From: a virus
Taxonomy: Duplodnaviria > Caudoviricetes
Strand: one strand, 5' to 3'
DNA: 57,340 bases
Virus record (IMG/VR): IMGVR_UViG_3300030102_001647
Location: 1 to 57,340 of that record
Below are positions 20,132 through 29,185 of the stretch, piece after piece (position 1 is the stretch's first letter; every line of letters begins with the position of its first letter). The notes beneath the pieces are model-generated. The model was not told the origin of the DNA. It did no database searches and saw only the letters and a list, made by a program, of their open reading frames with translations. Both the position numbers and the translations under genes were made by a program.

Positions 20132-20160
20132 ATTATACTAAATTTAATTTAGTATGTCAA
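20132..20160 (-). promoter_or_regulatory. Perfect-consensus sigma70 promoter with palindromic spacer
   Basis: TTGACA-17 bp-TATAAT; ATACTAAAT-TAA-ATTTAGTAT inverted repeat spans the spacer. Confidence 0.85.
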
Positions 20161-20348
20161 CCAAAATAATTTTCTATAGTTTTTATTTTCTCATCTGCAG
20201 ACGCAATCTTTTCAATCTCTCCTTCGATAGCCCCAATAATATCAGGGTGTTCTCCGATGCCAACAGATTGGTCTAAGTATACGTTTATGTTTGCTTTGGC
20301 AACAGCAATGTCACCTTCTAGTTTTTTTGTAAGTGCTTCTAGTAACAT
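20157..20348 (-). CDS. Small hypothetical protein
   Basis: AGGAG RBS; 63 aa with VGIGEHPD motif, follows RNR. Confidence 0.7.
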   Translation of the reverse strand: MLLEALTKKLEGDIAVAKANINVYLDQSVGIGEHPDIIGAIEGEIEKIASADEKIKTIENYFG

Positions 20349-20357
20349 GTAATCTCC

Positions 20358-22271
20358 TTAACTATTAATATCCACAACCTCACAAGAGTCACCAGAACAC
20401 GCTAACGTCTGTGACCCTGCTGTGTTATCCTCTACTTCGTAGGACGCAAGCTTTGTCCAATCAATAGACTCAGGCATCTTAGACAAGGCTTCTTTGTATG
20501 TCTCTTCGTTGCAGTCCTGATACGGAGCTTGTGCATAGGTGTGGTCACTGTGTGGTAGAAACGATACGCCTGAACATATATCAAAGTTATCGTATACCCA
20601 AGAGCCTACCTTCAACCACTCTTCATCACGCACAGTAATCGTAACAGATGGTTTGTGTTCACACCAGTTTAGTGCATACGTCTTCCACAACTCAAGCTGT
20701 TCTATAGCACTCATGTCATTACGAGTAACTGCTCCATCAGGTGCTTTAACAGGGAAGCTAAAGACTGTTGTGCTATCTGGCTTCATCACGCAAGCCTCTG
20801 CAGGTATGCCTGAATCAGTTAGGAACTTCGTGAGAGGGTCTTTGTTATCACCTCTGACAGTGCGAATATAATAGTCACTATGACGAGCGTGGATGCCAGA
20901 GGCACTATCAACAAGCTGCGACACAGTGCCACTAGGCTTGACACAGGTGATTGCCGCAGATGGGTTAATTCCAAGACGCTCAGAAGTTTCGCTGTTTGTT
21001 TGTATAGCAACACTTCTAAGCGAGTTAAGAAGTTCTTTCGTAGGTTTAGATGTAATTTCATTATCCATAATACCTGTCAGGCTTACACCCAACAGCCTTT
21101 CTTCTTCGGTATTCTTACGCCACACAGGACGCAAGTAAGGTAAGTGTGTATACGTTGATTGTATTGTACCTAATATGGTAGCAAGTCGTATCTTCTTCGC
21201 TAAAGTTTTTTCTGTGTCTGTTGGTCGGACAACAACCTCAGTAAGATTACAGAACTGATAAGGTCTGAGAATAATCTCAGAGCATGGGTTAGTTCCCCAC
21301 TCCAATCCTGTCTTGCGTCTTTCGTTACGAGCCACATGCTTGTCTGCTGCATCACGGCTGAAGATGCCACGCTCACCAGACTTAGACTCTACGAGAGCAG
21401 TCCACTCACGCAGGAATGTTTCCATGTCAGGCTTTTCTGTGTAGGCTACAGAGTTATTGGCTAACGCACGTTGCTTCTCATTCTCCCACCACTGTCCTGA
21501 CTTAGCGTGGCGCATCCTATCATCAGACAGATTGGACAAACTAATCATAGCACTACGACGCACACCGCCGACAACTACAACCTCACCTATCTTACACATG
21601 ATGTCGTGACACTCTACGCTGTTAAGCTTACGTCCTGCCGCACCCTTGAACTTGGCAACAGTGAAGTTAAACAAATCGTTGAGAGGCTCTGGACCACTGG
21701 CTCTGCCACCAAATGTTTTTAGCCTTGCTCCTGCGGGACGTATCTTAGACAAATCCCACTTAGGTATCTCACCTGTGTATAATAAAGAGACAAGCTTTCG
21801 TAATCCTCTAGCCCATCCTTCTTTACTATCTTGCACTACAATAACATCTTCAACATCTTGTAAGTCCTCCGGCACAAGGGGAAGCTTTTGTATGGACTGT
21901 CTTTCGACAGAGAAGCCTACGCCTGTACCACACAACAGGATGAACATAGCCTCATCGAAAGAGCGAGGGTGGTCTACAGGTAGATAGCTACAGTTGTATA
22001 CACATGTGTTGTCCCTGTCTGACGCTGCACCTGCTGTCATCAATGCTCTCATGCTAGGCATAACCTGTAGCGTGAGGATAGCATCGTGTATATCTTGTTT
22101 GTCTTTCTTATCAATATCAACAAACTCAACGATGTTGTCCATAAATCTTTGGACTGTTTCACTCCATGTTTCTCTGCGTCCTTCTTCTTCCATCCATCGG
22201 GCGTAGCGTGAAGTCGCAATAAAGGTTTGGTAATCTGTTGGCAGGGCGGTGTTCACTGTTTTCTTTTCCAT
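20358..22271 (-). CDS. nrdJ: Class II (adenosylcobalamin-dependent, RTPR-type) ribonucleotide reductase
   Basis: MPSMRAL, GTGVGFS, GTNPCSEI, TCVKPSGTVS and C-terminal ACSGDSCE; no beta-subunit gene present. Confidence 0.92.
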   Translation of the reverse strand: MEKKTVNTALPTDYQTFIATSRYARWMEEEGRRETWSETVQRFMDNIVEFVDIDKKDKQDIHDAILTLQVMPSMRALMTAGAASDRDNTCVYNCSYLPVDHPRSFDEAMFILLCGTGVGFSVERQSIQKLPLVPEDLQDVEDVIVVQDSKEGWARGLRKLVSLLYTGEIPKWDLSKIRPAGARLKTFGGRASGPEPLNDLFNFTVAKFKGAAGRKLNSVECHDIMCKIGEVVVVGGVRRSAMISLSNLSDDRMRHAKSGQWWENEKQRALANNSVAYTEKPDMETFLREWTALVESKSGERGIFSRDAADKHVARNERRKTGLEWGTNPCSEIILRPYQFCNLTEVVVRPTDTEKTLAKKIRLATILGTIQSTYTHLPYLRPVWRKNTEEERLLGVSLTGIMDNEITSKPTKELLNSLRSVAIQTNSETSERLGINPSAAITCVKPSGTVSQLVDSASGIHARHSDYYIRTVRGDNKDPLTKFLTDSGIPAEACVMKPDSTTVFSFPVKAPDGAVTRNDMSAIEQLELWKTYALNWCEHKPSVTITVRDEEWLKVGSWVYDNFDICSGVSFLPHSDHTYAQAPYQDCNEETYKEALSKMPESIDWTKLASYEVEDNTAGSQTLACSGDSCEVVDINS

Positions 22272-22588
22272 AGGGGTATCTTTCCTCTCACAATATCTAC
22301 ATAATCTTTGTCGTCTATCGACGAAACAGAACTCGAATTATAGCATGGCTCTTCTACAGAAGCAATAAGCTTTTTCAAATACCACTCAGCTTTTTTCAAG
22401 TCTTCCACAGGTTTACCCTTGTAGTTGTAACGCCACATATATTTCATCACGTTACCCTTCAGGTATCCCTTGAACTCGTCCTTAGACATAGACGCTTCGA
22501 TAGCATCTATACACTCTACACCTTTTGCATTGTAGTGCGTCGGGTTATTTACCATGTCCGAGGACTGCATTGATTCTCTTTCTGACAT
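22253..22588 (-). CDS. DUF3310 / T7 gp1.7-like nucleotide kinase domain protein
   Basis: DMVNNPTHY...ECIDAI...GNVMKYMWR...KG...EDLKKAEWYL. Confidence 0.85.
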   Translation of the reverse strand: MSERESMQSSDMVNNPTHYNAKGVECIDAIEASMSKDEFKGYLKGNVMKYMWRYNYKGKPVEDLKKAEWYLKKLIASVEEPCYNSSSVSSIDDKDYVDIVRGKIPLWKRKQ

Positions 22589-22883
22589 ATTCTACCTCTC
22601 CTGATTTCAATACTTTGTAAGCAAAGTCTCTCATGTATTCGGGGTCTACCCCTGCATGGTCGCACACTTCTTCAAAGTCCTGCGCTGTTGTACCATACGA
22701 TGCAAAGAACCAAGCCTTTGCTCTGTCACGTTCTATCATAACATTTTTAGGCTCACCTGCATACTCAGGTTTTGTTGCATCAAGCAACGCCTGTAGTATC
22801 ACACACAAGAAGAGAGACTTCTCTGGCGATGATACATCTGGTCTAAACTCGTCTGTAATTACATTTATATTAGTCGGTTTCAT
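22545..22883 (-). CDS. Conserved phage hypothetical protein
   Basis: LFLCVILQALLDA...AKAWF...DFEEVCDHAGVDP. Confidence 0.65.
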   Translation of the reverse strand: MKPTNINVITDEFRPDVSSPEKSLFLCVILQALLDATKPEYAGEPKNVMIERDRAKAWFFASYGTTAQDFEEVCDHAGVDPEYMRDFAYKVLKSGEVEYVRKRINAVLGHGK

Positions 22884-23292
22884 ATTGATTGTCAAGCCAT
22901 TCTTCTGGGATGCCATCAGATAACTTGCAATACCTAAAGCCGTAACGCTCACACCAATCGGCGTGGGTCATCTTCCCATTTTTTCTAAGTTTCTTATTAG
23001 GGTTGTCGAACACAAACCGAATATCTAGTTCTGGATACTGGTGTTTAATGAACAGGTGTTTCTTTCTATGCTCAATAAACAGTACGCCCTTTACCTCTAA
23101 CATAACCCCATTAGGAAGAACAAAGTCAGGCGTGTAACTCTTTTCTTCTCTCCACTCGTAATCAATCTTCATAGGCTCGTATTGGAACACCACACGATTA
23201 TCGTTTAGCATATCTGCTACCTTACATTCTGAGATTGACTTGTATCCGTTTTTGTATTTTCTATTATAGAAGTTTTTCCTAGCCAACTGCAA
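22870..23292 (-). CDS. Endonuclease I (T7 gp3-like Holliday junction resolvase)
   Basis: YKSISE...YTPDFVLPNG..LEVKG...YPELDIRFVF...WCERYGF. Confidence 0.88.
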   Translation of the reverse strand: MQLARKNFYNRKYKNGYKSISECKVADMLNDNRVVFQYEPMKIDYEWREEKSYTPDFVLPNGVMLEVKGVLFIEHRKKHLFIKHQYPELDIRFVFDNPNKKLRKNGKMTHADWCERYGFRYCKLSDGIPEEWLDNQYETD

Positions 23293-24121
23293 CCTCCTCT
23301 ACGTCAGGGGTCTTGGCTACATGTGTTAATATACGGACACCATTTGAATACTTAAATGCACGTAGGTTATCCCAACACCTTGTCTTATACCCACAATACG
23401 TGCAGCCTGTGGTTAGTTTGCGGTTGCCTGACTTACCATCAGGTACGTCATTGTAACATCTAGGTGGTGGTGTGTCTGTGTCTATGATACCTTTTAGATA
23501 ATTGACACGAGCGTTAGCGTCTATCATTTCTAAATCATGTACCTTAGTGATAGCTAACTCCCCACTGTTCTTATCGATAGCAAAGAAGGCGGCTTCCTTG
23601 TCGCCTCTGCGTGTAGCGTATGCACTAATCTGTGCTATATAACCAAAGGGGTCATCTTCAGCAAGTTTGTTGTCTCTAAACTTTTTGAAGGCAAAAGACG
23701 ATGCAGACTTTATGTCTGTAAGAACACCATCAATGATACAGTCCTGATGTCCTAACACACCTTCGACTGTAACCTCTTCCTGTTCAGCTTCGACTGAATG
23801 TCCTGCAGCTTTGGTTAGCATAATTAGAACAGCCTCTAGTAGATGCCCCATTAAAAATTTAATTCTGGTTTGTCCACTGAGAGGCTGTCCTTCGACACCC
23901 TTTACTCCGTACCATATTTGACGGTCTGGTTTACCGATTTGAGATAAGCGTAAGTTCGTCTTACCTTCACGCTTTCCCTCTTGAAGTATTATGGACGCAG
24001 CTTCACGCACCTGTGATGCAAAGTCATCTAAGAACTTATCCATCTCAGCATTGTCTGTATCCACACCCTGCTCTAGCATATTGTAGATGTCGGGTATAAG
24101 GGTATCTATATTCTTTGTCAT
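23279..24121 (-). CDS. PD-(D/E)XK exonuclease (Cas4/RecB-like)
   Basis: LRLSQIGKP, GHLLE, GHQD, DIKSAS, GYIAQISAY and CTYCGYKTRCW. Confidence 0.8.
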   Translation of the reverse strand: MTKNIDTLIPDIYNMLEQGVDTDNAEMDKFLDDFASQVREAASIILQEGKREGKTNLRLSQIGKPDRQIWYGVKGVEGQPLSGQTRIKFLMGHLLEAVLIMLTKAAGHSVEAEQEEVTVEGVLGHQDCIIDGVLTDIKSASSFAFKKFRDNKLAEDDPFGYIAQISAYATRRGDKEAAFFAIDKNSGELAITKVHDLEMIDANARVNYLKGIIDTDTPPPRCYNDVPDGKSGNRKLTTGCTYCGYKTRCWDNLRAFKYSNGVRILTHVAKTPDVEEVAVG

Positions 24122-24201
24122 TTTATATTATCCCAATAAACTACGAGTGCTATTAAAAATAACACAACGCAGGTAAGAATCATGGTATGTATATCATTCA
24201 T
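24118..24201 (-). CDS. 27-aa membrane peptide
   Basis: MNDIHTMILTCVVLFLIALVVYWDNIK; ATGA overlap with the exonuclease start. Confidence 0.4.
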   Translation of the reverse strand: MNDIHTMILTCVVLFLIALVVYWDNIK

Positions 24202-24202
24202 C

Positions 24203-24349
24203 TTATCTAATAAAATATTTGTGCATCAAGTTAATAAATCTTGCTTGCATTTCTTTCAGCCATTCTGCACGAGGAAAGCCGTAGCCTAAAATAAATCCTA
24301 GCACACCCACTGAAATTAATTCTGCAACACCTGAAGTATATATTGACAT
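24203..24349 (-). CDS. 48-aa membrane peptide
   Basis: AGGAG RBS; MSIYTSGVAELISVGVLGFILGYGFPRAEWLKEMQARF... Confidence 0.5.
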   Translation of the reverse strand: MSIYTSGVAELISVGVLGFILGYGFPRAEWLKEMQARFINLMHKYFIR

Positions 24350-24439
24350 GTAATAATCTCCTAAGAAGTGATAGCATCCCCGTCCTCGTAGCTATCGTTC
24401 AGAGCCAACTCAGATACTCTGTCCCGTGATACCTAATAT

Positions 24440-24892
24440 TTAGAAGGGAACTTCGTCACTAGGTACATGATTAGAGGATGCTTCGGTATAACCTTCTACC
24501 GCATCAAAGTCCTCGCCATAAGATACAAGGTCAACAACCTGAACTTTCTTCAGGATAGGTGTAACACCTGCCTTGCCGTTCATCTCCCAAGAATAAGGAG
24601 AGTACAGAACATTAACAATGCTGCCATTACCAACGAGTTTGTCGGTAGGATTCTTCTGTGCGTCTACAACTATAGGGGCATCATTCTGTGTGCCATCACG
24701 CCTTGCGACACGTTGACGGATGTGGACAAAATCTCCACGCTCGTCGCCTTTGTTCTTGATAGTCAATCCATCAGCTTCAATAGCTGCACGATTGTTGTCA
24801 TCAACACAAATGTCGATTGAGTATTCAGGCTCAAATGATGTGTTAGGGTTCTGGACATGCGCCCAGTATGCTTTACCAGTAATAACTGTCAT
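24440..24892 (-). CDS. Single-stranded DNA-binding protein (T7 gp2.5-like)
   Basis: GKAYWA..., VGNGS.VNV, VQVVDLV, and an acidic tail ending DEVPF. Confidence 0.85.
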   Translation of the reverse strand: MTVITGKAYWAHVQNPNTSFEPEYSIDICVDDNNRAAIEADGLTIKNKGDERGDFVHIRQRVARRDGTQNDAPIVVDAQKNPTDKLVGNGSIVNVLYSPYSWEMNGKAGVTPILKKVQVVDLVSYGEDFDAVEGYTEASSNHVPSDEVPF

Positions 24893-24947
24893 TTCGTTTT
24901 ATCTCCGTTTTGGATTCAATGTTGTCAGCACCATGCCAACAACTACT

Positions 24948-24976
24948 ATAGTAACTCAACTCAAATAATAAGTCAA
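24948..24976 (-). promoter_or_regulatory. sigma70-type promoter for ssb
   Basis: TTGACT-17 bp-TACTAT, followed by a 10-bp leader hairpin (GTTGTTGGCA-TGG-TGCTGACAAC). Confidence 0.6.
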
Positions 24977-24986
24977 GCATTTTTTT

Positions 24987-26639
24987 CTAGTGTGTCTCTG
25001 CCCAAGTTTTACCAAGCTTATACTCACTATCAAGTGGGCATCTTACACCTAGAGATTTTTCTGTAAGCTTCATTGCAAGTCCTGTGACTGTTCCTAGTTC
25101 TTCTGCGTGTTCTTTACACACATCAAACTGGTATTCATCATGTATGCTTGCAACAAGTTTATAGTTAAGCTTACGTTTCGTGGCTTCGATTGTAATAAAT
25201 TTCAACCACTCTTTACACACAATAGCACCTGCACCTTGCAATAACAGGTTCATTGCAGCGTGGGCTTGGCGAACACGTAGTATGCGTCCATCAAGTCCTG
25301 TTATATACCCTCGTGAGGCAAGCTTGTCAACCTTGTGACGTAGCGTCCTTAACGCTGGCATATTATGTAGGAAGTTGTTAATCAGTGTCTGTCCATCTCT
25401 GGCTGTGCCATTAACAATCTGTCCAATCTTTGCAGCACCTGCCCCATAGATAAACGCATATATAAAAGTCTTTGCGTTGTCTCTAGTTGGTAGTCCTGCC
25501 GCACGTTGGTTGGCGGTGTGAACATCACCCTCTACAACCTCTCGTGTGAAGTCTCTGTCATTCATGTAGTGAGCAAGCATCCGCAACTCTAACGAGCTTG
25601 CATCGCTACCCAAAAGAATATTAGAATCATTGCTACTAGTCCAGACATCTCTACATTCCTTTCCATATGGTGAGTACACAGCAGGTACTTGTGCCATGTT
25701 AGGTGATGTGTGAGCCATTCGCCCTGTAATAGTGCGTAATGTTAACACCTTGCCATGCACCTTACCATCTTCCCCTACAGCATTTAGCCAAGAGGTAATC
25801 TGTGATGCTCGTTTCTCCAACAACAAATACCTAGCAATTAACTTTGCTTCTGGTATGTCTAGTTTCTCAAGGACATCTTCCGCAACTATCGGCTGTCCTT
25901 TTTCTGTGTGTTTGTCAGGCTTCCATCCTAAATCCATCAGGCGTTCTGCAATCTGTTTACGTGACGCAGGATTAAATATAGTAACCTTATCCTTTAATTT
26001 TTTACCTGTCTTTTCAGAATATCTATGTTCAACTATAGGTTTAAATACTTCCTGTAAGTCATTCTTAATATTCTCAGATTCGTCTTTCAACTTAGACAAC
26101 AACTGCATAGCCTTCGGCTCATCAAGTGTGAAGCCGTTAGCTTCTTGTCTATCTATGATAGCCCTGATTTGGTGTTCTAGTTTAATAGAACGTGCGCTAA
26201 ACTTTTTAAGTTCAGGCACAAGTGTCTTGTAAACTTTCTCTGTAAGTTCTACATCTCGTATGCAATACTTTAACATCTCGTCTGAGTATGCACTAAAGTT
26301 ATTAAACTCAATCTTATTAAATCCTAGCTTAGTTCCCCAAGCATCTAGCGAGTGACCATTCTCACGCATGGGGTCAGCCATCTGTGATAGTAGTAATGTG
26401 TCACGTATCTTTGCAAGCGGTATATCAATACCTAGTATGCGCTTGAGAGTAGGAGCATCAAAAGAAACGCCGTTGTGCATAATAATAATATCAGCCTCTT
26501 CGATGACAACCTTACAGTGTTGAATGTTTGTCGGACTGTATGTATAAATTCTTCCATCATCTATATCCTTTGCTACGACACAAAAGATTTCTTTTGCATC
26601 TAAACTATCTGTTTCAATATCAACTACTAGTCGCTTCAT
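24987..26639 (-). CDS. polA: DNA polymerase family A with 3'-5' exonuclease
   Basis: DIETD, HNGVSFD, DASSLELR, AKTFIYAFIYG and IHDE motifs. Confidence 0.95.
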   Translation of the reverse strand: MKRLVVDIETDSLDAKEIFCVVAKDIDDGRIYTYSPTNIQHCKVVIEEADIIIMHNGVSFDAPTLKRILGIDIPLAKIRDTLLLSQMADPMRENGHSLDAWGTKLGFNKIEFNNFSAYSDEMLKYCIRDVELTEKVYKTLVPELKKFSARSIKLEHQIRAIIDRQEANGFTLDEPKAMQLLSKLKDESENIKNDLQEVFKPIVEHRYSEKTGKKLKDKVTIFNPASRKQIAERLMDLGWKPDKHTEKGQPIVAEDVLEKLDIPEAKLIARYLLLEKRASQITSWLNAVGEDGKVHGKVLTLRTITGRMAHTSPNMAQVPAVYSPYGKECRDVWTSSNDSNILLGSDASSLELRMLAHYMNDRDFTREVVEGDVHTANQRAAGLPTRDNAKTFIYAFIYGAGAAKIGQIVNGTARDGQTLINNFLHNMPALRTLRHKVDKLASRGYITGLDGRILRVRQAHAAMNLLLQGAGAIVCKEWLKFITIEATKRKLNYKLVASIHDEYQFDVCKEHAEELGTVTGLAMKLTEKSLGVRCPLDSEYKLGKTWAETH

Positions 26640-27042
26640 CCTTGTACACTTTCAAAAAATCTTTGGCGAATAACTTCTGTATATTCAGAAGCCACATACG
26701 AGAGGCGTTGTGGTCGCCGCCTGATACGCTTCGTTTACTGTCAAGATTATCTATGATTTTCTTTAGATTGTCAACCTTAAAAACAAGCGTGGCAAAAATA
26801 TCTTCGTTGATGCACAGGTTATGAAACCAGTAGTCGGCTTCTGTTGTAGTAATACCTGATGGTCTACCATAACATTGATACTCAATACATATGTTACCTG
26901 TATCCATCCACATGCCTCGCTCAGATTTTACTTCAATCTTTTTGTTCTGAAGCATGTCGGATACGATGTCTTCCCGAACCTGTCCGTATTGTAGGTCAAG
27001 GTCAAACTTCTTTCTGTCTGCTGTCGCAGGTTTTAGTGTCAT
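26620..27042 (-). CDS. Hypothetical protein, restriction-endonuclease-like fold
   Basis: FDLDL, IEVKSE, TGNICIEY and SGITTTEADYW. Confidence 0.6.
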   Translation of the reverse strand: MTLKPATADRKKFDLDLQYGQVREDIVSDMLQNKKIEVKSERGMWMDTGNICIEYQCYGRPSGITTTEADYWFHNLCINEDIFATLVFKVDNLKKIIDNLDSKRSVSGGDHNASRMWLLNIQKLFAKDFLKVYKDEATSS

Positions 27043-28679
27043 TATAAATACTCCTCTACGTCAATGGTTTCAAAGTCTTCTGCATTAGGGTCGTCAATCT
27101 CAGTCATACGTCCTGTCTCTCTATCGTATAGTAAGTATGTTCCAATACCTGTCTCACCTGCATACCTGTTCTTCAGAACACGGATGGTCGTAGTGTTGGA
27201 TACGATAGGGTCAGATGCCTGTTGGTCACGCTCCATTGCAATCACAGCATCACTCAACTGTGCAATACTGTGTGAGCCACGTAGCATGGACAGACTAATC
27301 TGCACACCCTGCTCCTGTCCCTTGTCACCATTGGCACGACGCAAGTGTGACACAAGAAGCATACAGCACTGTGTCTCTTCGACTAGTGAACGTAGCTGTG
27401 TCATCATCTTGTCGATGTTCCTACGCTCGTCGTCACCTTCAAGACCTGATACAAGTATAGAGAGGTGGTCAATGATAATGTAGCGACAGTCAAGTGCCTT
27501 AATCATGTAACGAACACGAGCCAGTATCTCATCAGTCTGGATAGAACCAAAGTGGTCAAAGGCGAACACACGCCCTGTACCTACAGTTGCCCTCTCATAT
27601 TCTCGCAGCAGTTCTTCTGGAACTGTATCCCGAACCTCGTCAATGTATAGACGTTTGCTTGCTTGCACAGACATGAGGTGGAAGATGGTCTGCTTGATGT
27701 TCTCTTCGAGACTGATGATACCAATGTTGGAATCAGTGCTGTTTAGTAGGTGGTGTTCTAGTTCACGAATGATACTAGACTTACCTGCTCCTGTCCCTGC
27801 AGTGAAGGTAACGAGTTCACCTGTCCTCATGCCATACAACATGTCATTCAATCCTTTGTAAGGATATGGAACAGTCTCTCTGTTGTCCTTGTCGTAAAGA
27901 CCTTCAAAGTCCTTGAGGTTTACAATACCTGCAGGAGTATATGGCTTGGCTTCCCACCACGCCTTAGTAAATAGTTCACGTTGGTTAGCTTTCAGATACT
28001 CGTTAGCGTCCTTCATAGCAAGGTGCATGATGCGACACTTGTTAGGCTCAAAGATTTGGGCTACAGCATTTGCTGCCTTCTGTCCATGCTCGTCTGCATC
28101 AAAACACAATACGATGTTCTCAAACCTATTGAGGTATTCAAACTGAGCCTTGACATCCTTGACTGCAGATTGTGCGCCATTCTTGATAGACACCACTGCC
28201 CATCGACTTCCAAGCATTTCATATGCTGACATGGCATCAATCTCGCCTTCGGTAATCGTAATGTATTTCCCTGACTGTTGGAACAGTTGTTGTCCGAACA
28301 ATCCTGCAGGTGGTAGCTGTCCTTCCGAATGGAAGTTCTTGTCAGGATGTCTGACCTTGTTAGCTACATGCTTACCACTCTGGTCGTAGTAAGGATAAAT
28401 CTGTTTGTTGTTTTGAATGGTAACACCATAGGTGCGGCAAGTATCTTCGCTGATACTTCGCTCACTCAACGCCTCTGTAATACCTATCGACAACATCTGT
28501 GTTTGTCTTGGCTGTTGTTGTATCACAACACTATTCCTTTCCTTGTCGGGGTGGCTGTAAGTCTCGCATGAGAAACACCACTGACTTCCATCTTCGTATA
28601 ACGCATTAGCATCTGATGAACCACACCTGTCACATGAAGTATGTCTAATCAGTTTGCTTTTGATTTCGTCTAAATGCAT
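27042..28679 (-). CDS. Primase-helicase (T7 gp4-like)
   Basis: CDRCGSSD/CFSC zinc finger; TOPRIM TEGEIDA and FDADEHG; Walker A AGTGAGKS; IIDHL; LKNRY. Confidence 0.95.
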   Translation of the reverse strand: MHLDEIKSKLIRHTSCDRCGSSDANALYEDGSQWCFSCETYSHPDKERNSVVIQQQPRQTQMLSIGITEALSERSISEDTCRTYGVTIQNNKQIYPYYDQSGKHVANKVRHPDKNFHSEGQLPPAGLFGQQLFQQSGKYITITEGEIDAMSAYEMLGSRWAVVSIKNGAQSAVKDVKAQFEYLNRFENIVLCFDADEHGQKAANAVAQIFEPNKCRIMHLAMKDANEYLKANQRELFTKAWWEAKPYTPAGIVNLKDFEGLYDKDNRETVPYPYKGLNDMLYGMRTGELVTFTAGTGAGKSSIIRELEHHLLNSTDSNIGIISLEENIKQTIFHLMSVQASKRLYIDEVRDTVPEELLREYERATVGTGRVFAFDHFGSIQTDEILARVRYMIKALDCRYIIIDHLSILVSGLEGDDERRNIDKMMTQLRSLVEETQCCMLLVSHLRRANGDKGQEQGVQISLSMLRGSHSIAQLSDAVIAMERDQQASDPIVSNTTTIRVLKNRYAGETGIGTYLLYDRETGRMTEIDDPNAEDFETIDVEEYL

Positions 28680-28818
28680 TTAATCTCTCCGTCATTGTTT
28701 GGTTCGCCCTAATTGTATCAGCTTTTTCGTCATTGTCAACCTCTTCTGGAAATTCTTTCTCCAAAAGTTTGGTTAATATTTCGTATCGCTGTCTGATATA
28801 CTCGACTGACCTAGCCAT
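28645..28818 (-). CDS. 57-aa hypothetical protein
   Basis: MARSVEYIRQRYEILTKLLEKEF..., fills the gap and overlaps its neighbours. Confidence 0.45.
   Translation of the reverse strand: MARSVEYIRQRYEILTKLLEKEFPEEVDNDEKADTIRANQTMTERLNAFRRNQKQTD
28712..28739 (-). promoter_or_regulatory. sigma70-type promoter for the replication operon
   Basis: TTGACA-16 bp-TACAAT with an extended TG. Confidence 0.6.
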
Positions 28819-29020
28819 TCTTTGCTGCCTTATGGTAGTGCGGTATGTATTCCCCTACAAACTCGTCACCTAGATACACACGCAGCGTATCCTTTACAAC
28901 CTTTGTACTGAAGCCCATAGCTGTAGCTACAGTGCTACGTCTGTCCATAAATTCAGACAGCGTTCCTTCGTCAGACAGAGGCTTAACTCCGTCCTTGCCT
29001 TTGAAAAAATACTTTGTCAT
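28811..29020 (-). CDS. Hypothetical protein
   Basis: GAGG RBS; packed in the early operon. Confidence 0.6.
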   Translation of the reverse strand: MTKYFFKGKDGVKPLSDEGTLSEFMDRRSTVATAMGFSTKVVKDTLRVYLGDEFVGEYIPHYHKAAKNG

Positions 29021-29185
29021 TTAATACCTCGTAAAGTTTTCGGTTGGATTTCTTTTGGCTTGTTGTGTCTCTCTGATTTTTTTCATAGCCTCTTTGAAGG
29101 GCATCCTCTTGAAGCCACTTGTAGTTTCATTCTGCAACTTGATTGCTTTCTTACGCATCTTACGCTCCTCTGGGTCTTTAATCAT
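29021..29185 (-). CDS. Small basic hypothetical protein
   Basis: Start placed at MIKDPEERK, overlapping the upstream gene end. Confidence 0.5.
   Translation of the reverse strand: MIKDPEERKMRKKAIKLQNETTSGFKRMPFKEAMKKIRETQQAKRNPTENFTRY

Noticed and set aside
24369-24430. Hammerhead ribozyme or tRNA
   Set aside because: CUGAACGA deviates from CUGANGA and there is no GAAA after the stem; no cloverleaf or T-loop. I saw no tRNA anywhere in the window
24987-26639. HMO-2011-type polymerase with a DnaJ zinc-finger insert
   Set aside because: No CxxCxGxG repeats; the protein is compact
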